From Pseudomonadota bacterium (GTDB lineage Bacteria; Pseudomonadota; Gammaproteobacteria; Burkholderiales; JABEVD01): a stretch of 64,000 bases of DNA. The stretch is from NCBI GenBank assembly GCA_021806605.1, contig JAJZQY010000004.1, forward strand, positions 28,251 to 92,250, read 5' to 3'. The position numbers were made by a program, and so were the translations under genes. Positions 62,987 through 64,000 of this stretch are shown piece by piece; the first letter of the stretch is position 1; each line of letters begins with the position of its first letter. The notes under the pieces are model-generated. The model searched no databases. It was not told the DNA's origin and saw only the letters and a program-made list of their open reading frames with translations.

Positions 62987-64000
62987 AATCCCTCAGACAA
63001 GGTTCGAGCTGGCTTTTCCAGTCCATCTACATGACGCTGACGATCTTCTTCAAGAAGGAAACCCAGAATCATGCCTCGGGAATCGCGCTTTATTTCTTTC
63101 TGTCCATCATTCCCCTCGTCTACTTCCTGAACACGGTCATTGCCGGAAACCTGGAGCTCAGCAAGGCCCTGTATTTTCTGCTCAACATGCTGCACCTCAA
63201 TTTCATGGACGTCGATTTTTCGGGCTCATCCGACAGGTATTACGGGATCTTCAAGGTCACGAGCTGGGTCAGCATCGCCGTGCTGCTGTGGAGCTCGAGA
63301 GGCCTGATGCGTTCAGTCCACGGCGCTTTCTCGGTGATATTCGCCTCCCCGAAGAGGAGGAATTTCGTCTCGACGAATCTGATCGCCCTGTTGATCATCC
63401 CCTTCTCTTTCCTGACACTGGCGATCTGGGTTGCCGGAGACTATCTCGGCCTCCTCTTCACGTCATCCAGCAGCCCGATCGTCTCGGGATTTCTTCACCT
63501 TGCCAGCGCGCTCACCCCGCTTTGCATGAGCTGGGCAATCTGCTTTCTTTCCTTCTACTTCATCCCGCCCGAGAGGCCCGGGCTGCGCCTTGCGATCTCC
63601 GTCAGCTTCGCATGGGCGCTTTCCCTCGCCCTGCTGCAGTTTCTCACCAACACCACTTTCAAGGTCGACGAATACATCAAGATCTACGGGTCGCTCGGGG
63701 CGATCCTCTTTTCCCTTATCTGGGCCTACATCGCCAGCCTGCTTTTCCTGCTTTGCGCGGAATTCCTGCGCGTCTCCGGGAAAATCGACGTGATCGCGAT
63801 GGAAAGGATATTCCTTTACAGCGAGGAAAGGAGCCGCCTTGCGACGAAGATCGAGCATTTCCTGTTCAGGCGGTCGGAGCGCCTTTTCGAGAAGTACGGC
63901 CGAACCTGCCGCAAGGGAGACATCGTCATCCATCAGGGGGAATATCCCTCCGAAGTCTATTACCTCTATTCCGGGAAAATCGGAATCTATCGGGCCGGCC
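62983..64000 (+). CDS. YihY/BrkB-family inner-membrane protein fused to a C-terminal cyclic-nucleotide-binding domain (partial, runs off the window)
   Basis: I translated this by hand, as it is not in the ORF track. The ATG at 62983 overlaps the upstream stop (ATGA). YihY motifs are ASGIALYFFLSIIPLV and YGSLGAILFSLIWAYIASLLFLLCAEF. From about codon 300 a cNMP-binding beta-roll begins (CRKGDIVIHQGEYPSEVYYLYSGKIGIYRAG). Confidence 0.75.
   Translation, partial: MKSLRQGSSWLFQSIYMTLTIFFKKETQNHASGIALYFFLSIIPLVYFLNTVIAGNLELSKALYFLLNMLHLNFMDVDFSGSSDRYYGIFKVTSWVSIAVLLWSSRGLMRSVHGAFSVIFASPKRRNFVSTNLIALLIIPFSFLTLAIWVAGDYLGLLFTSSSSPIVSGFLHLASALTPLCMSWAICFLSFYFIPPERPGLRLAISVSFAWALSLALLQFLTNTTFKVDEYIKIYGSLGAILFSLIWAYIASLLFLLCAEFLRVSGKIDVIAMERIFLYSEERSRLATKIEHFLFRRSERLFEKYGRTCRKGDIVIHQGEYPSEVYYLYSGKIGIYRAG

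Overview
This is a 64-kb, GC-rich, very gene-dense chromosomal segment with about 68 protein genes on both strands, many joined by 1-17 nt start/stop overlaps. The gene order looks betaproteobacterial: hemA-prfA-prmC, leuS-lptE-holA-proA, dusB-fis-purH-purD-tsaC, argB-nucleotidase-slmA, xerC-DUF484-dapF and bioBFHCD. A stand-alone phosphoribulokinase hints at a CBB autotroph, but the taxon is inference only. Most of the window is ordinary housekeeping: amino-acid, purine, biotin and heme biosynthesis, translation, LPS transport and peptidoglycan recycling. I found no rRNA, tRNA, CRISPR array, transposase or integrase. Three parts are not core. (i) At the left edge, an orphan algR and a probable sensor-kinase stub lie next to a fimT-pilV-pilW-pilX-pilY1 minor-pilin operon. 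Its PilY1-like adhesin starts with an L-type-lectin-like domain and carries a G8 tract. (ii) At 37.8-39.9 kb, a low-GC islet between argB and ibpA holds a RelE/ParE-type killer with its antidote, a minimal hicB-hicA pair and a 4-Cys zinc-ribbon/DUF4145 (HEPN-like) protein. This is my best candidate for an uncharacterised toxin or defence module. (iii) At the right edge, an operon of unknown function encodes a predicted outer-membrane barrel, a mini periplasmic-binding-protein-like protein and a YihY/BrkB membrane protein fused to a cyclic-nucleotide-binding domain, which runs off the window. Two real genes touching the window edges (1..828 minus and 62983..64000 plus) are missing from the supplied ORF track. 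The track translates TTG and GTG starts as M. Most long track ORFs antisense to the called genes are GC-driven artefacts. All family assignments come from reading motifs and synteny by eye, and no searches were run.
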